The notes below the pieces were generated by a model that worked only from the letters and a program-made list of their open reading frames with translations, ran no database searches and was not told the origin of the DNA. Positions 29,109-37,962 of a stretch of DNA of 64,000 bases are shown here, piece by piece. The DNA is from Gemmatimonadales bacterium. GTDB lineage: Bacteria; Gemmatimonadota; Gemmatimonadetes; Gemmatimonadales; GWC2-71-9. The translations under genes and the position numbers were made by a program. Positions within the stretch are counted from its first letter, which is position 1, and every line of letters begins with the position of its first letter. The DNA is taken from positions 1 to 64,000 of the forward strand of contig JBFJCP010000026.1 in assembly GCA_041615815.1 (NCBI GenBank), written 5' to 3'.

Positions 29109-30218
29109 ATGATGGCGGAGGCACGATGGCACGATCTCGGTGCGGTTCAAGCATTGAAGCGAGTTTCTCTCCAACAACTTCGCGTCGGGCGTACCGCCAT
29201 TGCGCTGTCCTTCCAAAACGGCGAGTTCGCCGCGATCTCGGGTACGTGCAACCACTCCGGTGGGCCCCTCGGTGACGGCCGGCTCGACGGCGAGTACGTG
29301 GTGTGTCCGTGGCACAACTGGAAGTTTCATCGGCGCACAGGAGAAGGTGAACCGGGATTCGAGGACGACAGGGTACCACGATACGAATTGCGCGAACGTG
29401 GCGGACGGCTAGAGATCAATCTCTCCGCAGCCACGAAGCGGCATCGAAAGCCGCATGATCCGCACCCCCTCGAGCGGGTCGTAGACCGGGGCAATGGTCC
29501 GCTCCGCGTCGTCGGCATTTCCACCACGGTGATGGATGAGAAGAACCCGCGCTACTCGACATCCGAAGAGCTCTTGCGGACCGCCGTCAGTCATGCCGCC
29601 GCTCGAGGTGCGAAAACCCGCTGGATTGGGCTGAACGACCTGCAGTTTCGCGCATGCGAAGGGTATTACTCCAAGAGCGCGCATGCGTGCACATGGCCTT
29701 GCTCGATCACGCAGATGGATCCGCAGGATCAGATGGACCGGGTGTACGAGGCGATTGTCCACTGGGGCGACGTTCTGATCATCGCCAGCCCGATCCGGTG
29801 GGGAAGCGCGAGCTCACTGTACTTCAAGATGACCGAGCGCCTGAACTGCGTGCAGAATCAGATCACGATTCGCAACCGCGTGCTCATGCGGAACAAGACG
29901 GCCGCGTTCATCATCACCGGCGGTCAGGACAACGTACAGGCCGTGGCGGGGCAGATGCTGACGTTCTTCGCGGAGCTGGGTTGTGTGTTCCCCCAGTTTC
30001 CCTTCATCGCGCACAGCCGCGGGTGGGAGGCGGAGGACATGGAGCGCAACGTGTGGTATGTGCGGGAGAGTAGCGAGTTGCACGACGGCGCCCGCGAACT
30101 GGTGGAGCGTGCCATGGCGATGGCCCACGTGCTGCGCGAACGACCGGTATGCGGGGAGCAGGTGCGTCGTGCCGGCCGGAAAGCGGCGGGCGAGACGGCG
30201 CTGGCGGCCCGTCCATGA
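29109..30218 (+). CDS. Rieske 2Fe-2S domain fused to an NAD(P)H-dependent FMN reductase/iron-sulfur flavoprotein domain
   Basis: CNH..GPL...CPWH (Rieske), then CEGYYSKSAHACTWPC and ASPIRWG (flavodoxin-like). Confidence 0.88.
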   Translation: MMAEARWHDLGAVQALKRVSLQQLRVGRTAIALSFQNGEFAAISGTCNHSGGPLGDGRLDGEYVVCPWHNWKFHRRTGEGEPGFEDDRVPRYELRERGGRLEINLSAATKRHRKPHDPHPLERVVDRGNGPLRVVGISTTVMDEKNPRYSTSEELLRTAVSHAAARGAKTRWIGLNDLQFRACEGYYSKSAHACTWPCSITQMDPQDQMDRVYEAIVHWGDVLIIASPIRWGSASSLYFKMTERLNCVQNQITIRNRVLMRNKTAAFIITGGQDNVQAVAGQMLTFFAELGCVFPQFPFIAHSRGWEAEDMERNVWYVRESSELHDGARELVERAMAMAHVLRERPVCGEQVRRAGRKAAGETALAARP

Positions 30219-30283
30219 CCAAGACGCTGAAGGCCATCGGCGGGTCCTCGATCGCTCGAATCGAAACACAGGAGAACAGCCCG

Positions 30284-31096
30284 ATGTGGCAACGTGTGGT
30301 CCTCGTTCTGGTCGTCTTCCTCTCGAGCTGTTCGCCGGCTGAGCGCGCCACGGAGGGGGCCGTCACATCGTCCATTCCGGATGCCATCCTGGGCCAGGCA
30401 CCACCGCCCCAGGGTCAGACCGTCACCTATCAAGCAGGGGACTCGCTGGTGCGGGGCTATCTCGCGGTCCCCGAAGGTGAGGGACCGTTCCCAGCGTTGA
30501 TCCTGATCCATGAGTGGAATGGGCTGGTGGATCGAGTCCGACAGATGGCGGATGCGTTCGCGAGGGAGGGCTATGTGACGTTGGCGGCGGACCTGTACCG
30601 GAGCCGCACAGGGAGCAACCGAGACGAGAACATGGCGCTGGTCCGGGAAACTCGGGGCAACATGGCCGCCGTCATTGCCAACCTCGATGCCGCGCAACGG
30701 TTTCTCCGGGACCGTGCCGACGTGACTGGGAGGGTGGGCGTGATGGGCTGGTGCTTTGGCGGTGGGATTGCCCTCAGCTATGCGCTGGGCGGGGAGCGCC
30801 ACGATGCCACCGCCATCTTCTATGGTTCACTCGTGGATGATCCGGCCGAGCTTGCCAAGCTGGATCACCCGGTGTACGGAACGTTCGCCGAGATGGATCA
30901 AGGGATTCCACCGGATCAGGTGCGACGCTTTGCCGCCACGCTCGACTCCCTCGGTATCCAGAACGACATCCATATCTACGACGCCGTGAACCACGGGTTC
31001 TGGCTGCGTGTAGAGGAAGACAGGGAGCTTCGGGAAGCCCCGGCGCAAGACGCGTGGACACGGCTGAAACAGTTCTTGGGCCGCGTACTCGGGTAA
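30284..31096 (+). CDS. Dienelactone hydrolase family lipoprotein
   Basis: IHEWNGL, GWCFGG and HGF. Lipobox-like FLSSC. AGGAG RBS. Confidence 0.9.
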   Translation: MWQRVVLVLVVFLSSCSPAERATEGAVTSSIPDAILGQAPPPQGQTVTYQAGDSLVRGYLAVPEGEGPFPALILIHEWNGLVDRVRQMADAFAREGYVTLAADLYRSRTGSNRDENMALVRETRGNMAAVIANLDAAQRFLRDRADVTGRVGVMGWCFGGGIALSYALGGERHDATAIFYGSLVDDPAELAKLDHPVYGTFAEMDQGIPPDQVRRFAATLDSLGIQNDIHIYDAVNHGFWLRVEEDRELREAPAQDAWTRLKQFLGRVLG

Positions 31097-31196
31097 CATA
31101 CGAGGCAGACGGTCGGGCCGTCGTGGACGTGAGGTGGTGTTACCGCTATATACAAGAAGGCTCCCCACCGTTCCCCCATGCCAGAGGAGCACCTGC

Positions 31197-31793
31197 ATGC
31201 GACTAGCATTTTCCAGCCTTCTCCTGAGTGCCGGCCTGATGATGCTGGCCCTCCAGCCGGCCGCCGCACAGACGATGGGCACGCCGCTCGACGTGGGAGT
31301 GATGGCACCCGACTTCGCCATTCCGGGCGGCACACGATACGGAGTACTGCGGGACCCGGTTCGGCTGAGTGACTTCCGTGGAAAGACGGTCGTGCTGGCG
31401 TTCTTCTACCGAGCGCGAACGCGTGGCTGAACGATTCAAATGAGAGCGTACCGTGATCAGTACGCACAGCTGTTCCGCGGCGGCCGCGAGATCGTGCTCA
31501 TCGCCATTAGCACGGATTCGGTGGCCGCACTGGCGTCATGGGCGGAGGACGAGGATTTTCCATTCCTCTTTGGCAGTGATCTCAATGCGGCGGTGGGTCA
31601 GCAGTATGGCGCATTCATCGATCGGGGTGAGCGCGGGTTGATCGACAACCGATCGCTGTTCGTCGTGGACGCGGAGGGTCGGATTGCCCATGTCCAGGCA
31701 CCGTTTCGTGAGATCGATCCGCAGGCGTACACCGAGCTGGGAGAAGCCCTGGCCCGTATCGCGCCGCCCATGGACACAGAACCCGCGAATTGA
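31197..31793 (+). CDS. Exported AhpC/TSA (BCP/PrxQ-like) peroxiredoxin, probable selenoprotein (TxxU, TGA 31428-31430), 198 aa
   Basis: GAGGAG RBS and signal peptide ...QPAAAQ. APDF, LSDFRGKTVVLAFFYRARTRG-U-TIQM, ISTD and NRSLFVVD. The two track ORFs are in frame and a SECIS-like hairpin follows. Confidence 0.87.
31446..31465 (+). promoter_or_regulatory. Putative bacterial SECIS hairpin
   Basis: GCGTAC-CGTGATCA-GTACGC: perfect 6-bp stem, G at loop position 2, 21 nt between the TGA and the loop. Confidence 0.68.
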
Positions 31794-31816
31794 CCGATAA
31801 GAGTACCGGATCAATG

Positions 31817-31852
31817 CAACAGGGCCCGCCGTGCTGGCGGGCCCTACTGTTG
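31817..31852. terminator. Hairpin between convergent genes (probable bidirectional terminator)
   Basis: AGGGCCCGCC-GTGCT-GGCGGGCCCT 10-bp stem, extended by CAAC/GTTG. Confidence 0.65.
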
Positions 31853-31869
31853 TCACCGCCACCCCGAGA

Positions 31870-32451
31870 TCATTCCGTGCCGGCGCTCGTTGCCGCTGCG
31901 AGCACGCGCTGGATTGCGGCATCGATGTTCTGATCGGGTCCGGCTCCCGTGTACACCACGCGTCCCGCGCTGTCGAGAATGACGACGTAGGACGTGATGG
32001 GGGCCAGGAACGCACGCGTGGCTTTTCCCTGGCCGTCCCACAACACGCGAAACGGGATGGGATGTTTCTCGAGGTGCCGCCGGATCCTGCGCGGCGTTTG
32101 GTTCACGCCGACGCTGACGGCGATGAACTCGACGTCGTCGCCGTAGCGGGCGTGGGCTTCCCGCATTCGGGGAAGCAGTGCCTCACAATTCTCGCACCAT
32201 AATGCCCAGAACTCGAGCAGGACGGGCTTCTGACCGATCCACTGCCTCAGATCCACCGGCTGCCCGTCGAGATCCTCGATGGTGACCGGCTCCGGCGCGG
32301 CCCCGCGTGGAATGCCGATCTCGTCTTGGGCATGTAGCGCCGCGGCGGACGAGAGGACCGTGATCAGCGCTACGACCAGGGATGTGAGGTTTCTCGCAAG
32401 CCGATGAAGCACTTCCACGGTCTTCTGTCTCCTCTGCCTCTCTGTCGTCAC
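31870..32451 (-). CDS. TlpA-family thiol:disulfide oxidoreductase, exported
   Basis: LLEFWALWCENC. Signal peptide ...AAALHAQ. Start is GTG 32451 (overlapping the upstream stop) or GTG 32418. Confidence 0.88.
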   Translation of the reverse strand: MTTERQRRQKTVEVLHRLARNLTSLVVALITVLSSAAALHAQDEIGIPRGAAPEPVTIEDLDGQPVDLRQWIGQKPVLLEFWALWCENCEALLPRMREAHARYGDDVEFIAVSVGVNQTPRRIRRHLEKHPIPFRVLWDGQGKATRAFLAPITSYVVILDSAGRVVYTGAGPDQNIDAAIQRVLAAATSAGTE

Positions 32452-33176
32452 AGCACCAGACCCATCTGAATGAAGTAGTACTCCGCTATCGCCAACATTA
32501 CCACCCCAGCGGCTCGTTTGATCCACAACATCCACGGTCCGGATTTGGGTAGCGCGGTGAGGAGACCCGAAAACAGACCGACCGCCACCAGCAACGCCAT
32601 CATGCCCATCGAGAACACGAACAGGTAGATGAACCCCCACATCGCGCTCCCGGTGCTCCCGACCCATGTGAGCACCGCCGCAAAGGCTGGGGCGCCACAG
32701 GGAGCGGCGACGACGCCCGAGGTGGCGCCCAAGAGAAACACGGCGGGGTAGGACCCACCACCCAATCCCCCCGCCCACGCCATGAGACGTTGCGGTGCCG
32801 AGACGGGAATCACACCCAGCATCGCCAATCCGAAGATCAGCAGCAGATTCCCCATGGCAAACCGGGCCCACGGGCTGGCGGAGACCGTTCCGAATAGCGA
32901 TCCCGTGAGACCAGCAAGGAGCCCGAGGGTTGCATAGAGCAGGGCCAAGCCCGAGACGTAGGTCAACGTGAGCGCAACCGTCCGACCGCGGGCAGCGTCG
33001 GGCCCCGCGGTGCCTCCGAGGATGCCCGCGGTAATGGGAATCATCGGATACACGCACGGGGTTAGACTCGTCACGAGCCCCGCGCCGAACAACGTCGCGA
33101 GGGCGGCCACCGGCCGATGATTGAGGGCCTCCGTGAGTCCCTGCGCGAGACTGAACGTCAAATCGAGTTCGGGCAT
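32448..33176 (-). CDS. ccdA: CcdA/DsbD transmembrane electron-transfer domain
   Basis: SLTPCVYPMIP and AAPCGAP with 6-7 TM segments. Confidence 0.88.
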   Translation of the reverse strand: MPELDLTFSLAQGLTEALNHRPVAALATLFGAGLVTSLTPCVYPMIPITAGILGGTAGPDAARGRTVALTLTYVSGLALLYATLGLLAGLTGSLFGTVSASPWARFAMGNLLLIFGLAMLGVIPVSAPQRLMAWAGGLGGGSYPAVFLLGATSGVVAAPCGAPAFAAVLTWVGSTGSAMWGFIYLFVFSMGMMALLVAVGLFSGLLTALPKSGPWMLWIKRAAGVVMLAIAEYYFIQMGLVL

Positions 33177-33352
33177 GTCGGCATGTTGAGGACTTGTGGG
33201 GCGACGTCATGGCCTGAGCGAACGCCGTTCGGAAAGGTAACCCGAGGTCCGACCCGGTGGCTTCCCCCCGGCTCTTCTCAGGCGGATTCCGTGCCCCCTG
33301 GTCCCCGGGGCAGTCCGGGCCTATTGTTTGGCGTCCAAACCGAGCCGCGTCC

Positions 33353-34297
33353 ATGAATGCGAACGTCGACCGCTTGAGGTCCGTCCTCCCGGCCCGCTAC
33401 GTCCTCGAACACGAGCTGGGTGCAGGGAGTTTCGCCATCGGCTATCAAGCGCAGGATCGAGCCGCAGACCGGAAAGTCGTTCTCAAGGTCCTTAGGCCGG
33501 AGATCGCCGCCACGATCGATCGGGATCGGTTCTTGGCGGAGATCCGGGCTGCCACGGAACTCCAGCATCCCAACATCATTGCGGTGTATGACGCGGGCCA
33601 AGCGGGCGAGTTCCTCTACTTTGTACGGCCGTTCGTGGAAGGGGAATCGCTCAGGGACTGGCTGGACCGCGAGACCCAGCTCTCGCTCGACGACGCCATG
33701 CGCGTCACGCGGGAGGTGGCCGACGCGATGGGCTTTGCCCACAGTCACGGCGTGCCACATGGCGATCTTCGCCCGGAGAACATCTTACTCAGGGATGGCC
33801 ATGCGGTGGTTGGTGACTTCGGTGTCGAGCGGGCCGTGTTCGCCGCCGCCGCCGATAATCTCGCTGGACTCGCCAACATCGTCGATACCAGTTCCTACAT
33901 GAGTCCGGAGCAGTTCCGGGGTCCGCGCCAATTGGACGAACGGAGCGACGTGTTCTCGCTGGGATGTGTCTTGTATGAAATGTTGGCGGGGCAACCGCCG
34001 TCCCACGCCGCACCCGAAGGGGACGGCGCAGGAGGGACGGGAAGTCCGCCGCCCGTCACCGACTTCCGTCCCGGAGTGCCGCCGGAGGTGGTCTCAGCCC
34101 TGGATCGGGCGTTGGCTGGAGATCCCGAGCGCCGGTTCGGCACGGCCGGGCAATTCTGCGAGGATCTGCGCGTCGTGCGACTCTCGACGGGAAAGTTCGC
34201 GCTGCTCAAACCAACGCCGTGGTATTCCGGCAAGATGCTGGGGACGCTGCTCCTCGTCGTCTTCATGGCGATCGTCGCGCTGATCATGTGGCTCTGA
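33353..34297 (+). CDS. Divergent Ser/Thr kinase (non-RD, possible pseudokinase) with C-terminal membrane anchor
   Basis: GAGSFA, VVLK, HGDLRPEN, DFG and DTSSYMSPEQ. Terminal TM segment. Confidence 0.82.
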   Translation: MNANVDRLRSVLPARYVLEHELGAGSFAIGYQAQDRAADRKVVLKVLRPEIAATIDRDRFLAEIRAATELQHPNIIAVYDAGQAGEFLYFVRPFVEGESLRDWLDRETQLSLDDAMRVTREVADAMGFAHSHGVPHGDLRPENILLRDGHAVVGDFGVERAVFAAAADNLAGLANIVDTSSYMSPEQFRGPRQLDERSDVFSLGCVLYEMLAGQPPSHAAPEGDGAGGTGSPPPVTDFRPGVPPEVVSALDRALAGDPERRFGTAGQFCEDLRVVRLSTGKFALLKPTPWYSGKMLGTLLLVVFMAIVALIMWL

Positions 34298-34299
34298 CC

Positions 34300-35901
34300 A
34301 TGCGCTGGTTCCTCGGCTTCACGACATTGGCCGTCGCCACGGTGGTAGGGTGCAGCAGGGAGAATGGTGACGATGGGGTACCCCTCTACGATCTCGTGAT
34401 CGTGGGTGGCACGATCGTGGACGGTACGGGCGCCCCGGGATTCCGCGCCGATCTCGGGATCGAGGGTGATCGGGTCGTTCGTGTGGCTCGGGAGGGGATT
34501 GCAGCCAATCATGGTGCTTCGGTGCTGCGGGCCGAGGGCCTGATCGTTTCGCCCGGCTTCATAGACAATCACGCCCACATCCAAACGACCATCCACGAGC
34601 ATCCGTTCGCCGAGAATTTCTTGCGGCAGGGGATAACGACGATCCTCGCCTCGCTCCACAGCGGCGACCAACCGTGGCCGCTGCGCGCATACATTCGGTC
34701 GCTCGACATCGCGCCCAACGTGGGATTCTTTGCCGGTCATACATGGACTCGAAAGCAGATTCTTGGTCTCGAGAATCGAGATCCGACGGCAGCGGAGCTC
34801 GACGAGATGCGCACCCTCGTGGACGAAACGATGCGCCAGGGTGCGCTCGGTTTCTCGACGGGGTTGCTCTACGTACCGGCCAACTACGCAAAGACCGAGG
34901 AAATCATCGAGCTTGCGAAGGTGGCTGCACAGCATGGTGGGATCTATGTATCCCACATGCGAAACGAGGGCCCGGGGCTGATCGAGTCAGTGGCCGAGGT
35001 CATCAGGGTCGCTCGTGAGGCTGGGATTCCTGCGCAGATCAACCACCACAAGGCCGTGGGCGTGAGTCAGTGGGGTTGGTCGGCGCGGACGCTTGCCATG
35101 ATCGACTCTGCCAATGCCGCAGGACTCGACATCCGGCACGATCTCTATCCGTACACCGCCTCCAGCACGGGCTCCAGCATTCTGTTCCCGCAATGGGCCT
35201 TGGCCGGAGGGCAGGATTCGCTCGCGGCGCGGCTCGCGGATGCTGCCGTGCGAGCGCGCATCGAAACCGAGATGCGGAGGATCATGCAAGAAGAACGGGC
35301 GGGGGAAGATCTCGCTCGCATCCAGTTCCGCGTGGTGCCATCGGACCGGCGATATGATGGGAAGAACCTGGGTGACCTGGCGCGTGATCGGGGGCTGGCC
35401 AACACCGTGGAGACGGGAATCCAGCTCGTGATCGAACTCCAGCTCAAGGGTGGCTTCAGCGCCATCTATCACAGCATGGATGAAGGCGATGTAATCCGGA
35501 TCATGCAGCATCCGCTGGCGATGATCGAGACCGATGGTGACCCCGTGGGCTACGGCATGGGGTTTCCCCATCCACGGAGCTACGGCGCTTTCCCTCGCGT
35601 CCTCGCACGCTACGTCCGGGAGCTGGGGGTCATCACCCTGGAGGAGGCCGTGAAGAAAATGACCTCCATGCCAGCTGACCAGGTCGGACAGCGGGAGCGA
35701 GGCCGAGTTCACGAGGGGGCGTTCGCCGACCTCGTCGTGTTCGATCCCGTTAGCATTCGGGACCGCGCGACGTACACCGATCCCCACCAGTACGCCGTGG
35801 GTATCCACCATATGGTGATCAACGGTGAACCGGTGATTCGCGAAGGTGCCTTCACCGGAGCGACCCCAGGGCGCGTCCTCACCGGCCCCGCGCGACCGTA
35901 A
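34300..35901 (+). CDS. N-acyl-D-amino-acid deacylase, lipoprotein
   Basis: PGFIDNHAH, SHMRNEG, YPYTASST and HPRSYGAFPRVL. Lipobox-like VVGC. Confidence 0.9.
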   Translation: MRWFLGFTTLAVATVVGCSRENGDDGVPLYDLVIVGGTIVDGTGAPGFRADLGIEGDRVVRVAREGIAANHGASVLRAEGLIVSPGFIDNHAHIQTTIHEHPFAENFLRQGITTILASLHSGDQPWPLRAYIRSLDIAPNVGFFAGHTWTRKQILGLENRDPTAAELDEMRTLVDETMRQGALGFSTGLLYVPANYAKTEEIIELAKVAAQHGGIYVSHMRNEGPGLIESVAEVIRVAREAGIPAQINHHKAVGVSQWGWSARTLAMIDSANAAGLDIRHDLYPYTASSTGSSILFPQWALAGGQDSLAARLADAAVRARIETEMRRIMQEERAGEDLARIQFRVVPSDRRYDGKNLGDLARDRGLANTVETGIQLVIELQLKGGFSAIYHSMDEGDVIRIMQHPLAMIETDGDPVGYGMGFPHPRSYGAFPRVLARYVRELGVITLEEAVKKMTSMPADQVGQRERGRVHEGAFADLVVFDPVSIRDRATYTDPHQYAVGIHHMVINGEPVIREGAFTGATPGRVLTGPARP

Positions 35902-36044
35902 GCGGCGACTGGGCAATCCGGCGACCGACGGCACCGACAACGGGTGCAACAGACACTCCAGGTCGGCGGTCTTGGTCACACCAGAAGGATCCGGCGCGAG
36001 TGGTTCCTCGGGGTCGTGAACGGATCGCTACGTTGAGCTCCGTC

Positions 36045-36833
36045 TCACGGCATGAACCCCGTGACGGCAGTGAGACGCTGCCGGAAACGGCGGCTCAGAC
36101 GCACGCGCGAGCCGTCCGTGAGGCGCATGCTGAAGTCACCATGCCCCGTCGGCTCCAGGTCCACGATCCGGTCCACGTTGACGATCGTGGATCGGCTCAC
36201 CCGGACAAACTGATTTGAAGCGAGTTGGCGGTCGAGCTCGGTGATGGTCGAGCGCAGCCGATACGTTTTTCCCGCAGCGAGGATTTTGACGTAGTTACAG
36301 TCCGCCTCGACGCGATCGATTTGTTCGACCCGCACCATCACGCTTCGCTCACCGGCGCTCACCAACAGCCTGTCCGTGCGCGGCGTCTCGTGAGTGCGGA
36401 GATCACGAAGCACCGCCTGGAGTCGAGCGAGATCCTCGTTGGTACGCTGGCGCCGCGCGGCATCCTTTGCTTTTGTCAGTGCACGGGCGAACCGATCGGC
36501 GTCGAACGGTTTGAGGAGGTAGTCCACCGCACTCACGTCGAATGCCCTGATCGCATACTGGTCATAGGCGGTCACGAAGATGACGTGCGGGATCGCCTCC
36601 GCCGGGAGCGCGTCCAGCACGCGGAAGCCATCCCATTGCGGCATCTGGATGTCGAGCAAGACAATGTCCGGCGCCTCGTCCTGGATCACCTCCACGGCGC
36701 GACGGCCTTCGGAGACTTCGTAGATGACCCCGATGTCGGGATCGCTCTCGAGAAATCGTCGGACTTTCTGACGGGCCGGACGCTCATCGTCGACGATGAG
36801 GACCCGCAGGGTGTCATCGCGAGTGCGAGACAT
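36045..36833 (-). CDS. LytTR-family response regulator
   Basis: IVDDE, LDIQMP, FVTAYD and DYLLKPF, plus C-terminal FVRVSRSTIVN. Confidence 0.93.
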   Translation of the reverse strand: MSRTRDDTLRVLIVDDERPARQKVRRFLESDPDIGVIYEVSEGRRAVEVIQDEAPDIVLLDIQMPQWDGFRVLDALPAEAIPHVIFVTAYDQYAIRAFDVSAVDYLLKPFDADRFARALTKAKDAARRQRTNEDLARLQAVLRDLRTHETPRTDRLLVSAGERSVMVRVEQIDRVEADCNYVKILAAGKTYRLRSTITELDRQLASNQFVRVSRSTIVNVDRIVDLEPTGHGDFSMRLTDGSRVRLSRRFRQRLTAVTGFMP

Positions 36834-37962
36834 CGTTCGCTGACGGCGTCGTCCGGTACGGAATGTCGATCGTCACCACCAACCCACCTCCCATGCCGTT
36901 GTGGAGCTCGAAGCTGTAATCGCTGCCGTAGAGATGGCGGAGGCGACGGTCGGTGTTCTGTAAACCGATGCCGCGTTGGATGAGCCGCCCCGCCGGCTCG
37001 GTGATGCCCGGTCCATTATCACGAATCTCCACGTGAAGGCGGCCGTTCTGCCGCCGAGCGTCCACCGTGATGTGGGCGGGCCGTTCGGGTCCTGGGTCAC
37101 CATGCTGAAGGGCGTTTTCGACCAGGGGTTGGAGTAAGAACGGCGGAATCACTGCCGCTCCGACATCTTCCGCGACCGCCGTCCGCACCTGCAGCCGCTC
37201 TGCAAAGCGCTGGCGCATGATGTCGAGATAGAGCCTCAAGGACTCGAGCTCCTCGCTGAGCGCCACCTCGTGTCTCCCCTCCGAGCGCAGCGATCGCCGC
37301 AGGAGATCTGCCAGTCCCGAAAGCATCTTGTCCGCCGCCGCGGGATCCTCGTACATGACCGACGATACGGTGTTGAGCGCGTTGAACAGAAAATGTGGCT
37401 GGAGCTGTGATTCGAGACTTCGCAGCCGCACCTGCGTGAGCTCACGCTCCAACCGGGCCACCTGCACCTCGCGATCTCGCGCCCGTCGATAGTGGTCGAA
37501 CAGGTAAGTGAAGCCGACGAAGATCCCGTACCCGATCAGATCGTTCGGGAACTCCATAGCGTACCGGATCGACATGAGGCCGTAGTCGTAGGCGCCCAGT
37601 CCAACGGCCGCATACGTGAGTTGCCGCGTGATGGCATTCCACGTGGTATGAAGGACCGAGAAGACGACGACACCCGGCAGATGCAGGCCAAACTTGCCGG
37701 ACCAGTGTGGCAGAGTTCGGCGGAGGGTGCGCGTGTAGTAGACGACGAGCGGAAAGAGAAGGCCAGTACCGTACGCCCCTGTCAGCTCCTCGATCAGCTT
37801 CTCGTAGAACGGCTCGCGGCGCCCCCGCACGAAGACGTCGAGATAATAGTAACTGAACGTGAGGAGGCCGATCGCCGTCCAGAACGTGAAGCCGAGCGCC
37901 CAAACGCGCCATCCCCGGAGCCAACGATCCGGATCGGCCGGGGCATCGACGGGTCTCCTCAC
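36814..37962 (-). CDS. LytS/YehU-type sensor histidine kinase
   Basis: QLQPHFLFNALN, LQPLVENALQHG, DNGPG and GIGL. N-terminal TM segments. GTG 37962 overlaps the upstream stop. Confidence 0.92.
   Translation of the reverse strand: MRRPVDAPADPDRWLRGWRVWALGFTFWTAIGLLTFSYYYLDVFVRGRREPFYEKLIEELTGAYGTGLLFPLVVYYTRTLRRTLPHWSGKFGLHLPGVVVFSVLHTTWNAITRQLTYAAVGLGAYDYGLMSIRYAMEFPNDLIGYGIFVGFTYLFDHYRRARDREVQVARLERELTQVRLRSLESQLQPHFLFNALNTVSSVMYEDPAAADKMLSGLADLLRRSLRSEGRHEVALSEELESLRLYLDIMRQRFAERLQVRTAVAEDVGAAVIPPFLLQPLVENALQHGDPGPERPAHITVDARRQNGRLHVEIRDNGPGITEPAGRLIQRGIGLQNTDRRLRHLYGSDYSFELHNGMGGGLVVTIDIPYRTTPSANDVSHSR

Noticed and set aside
31870..33354. 494-aa ORF as a long TlpA fusion
   Set aside because: Its N-terminal 300 codons overlap ccdA in another frame and look non-coding. 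TlpA starts near 32451 or 32418.
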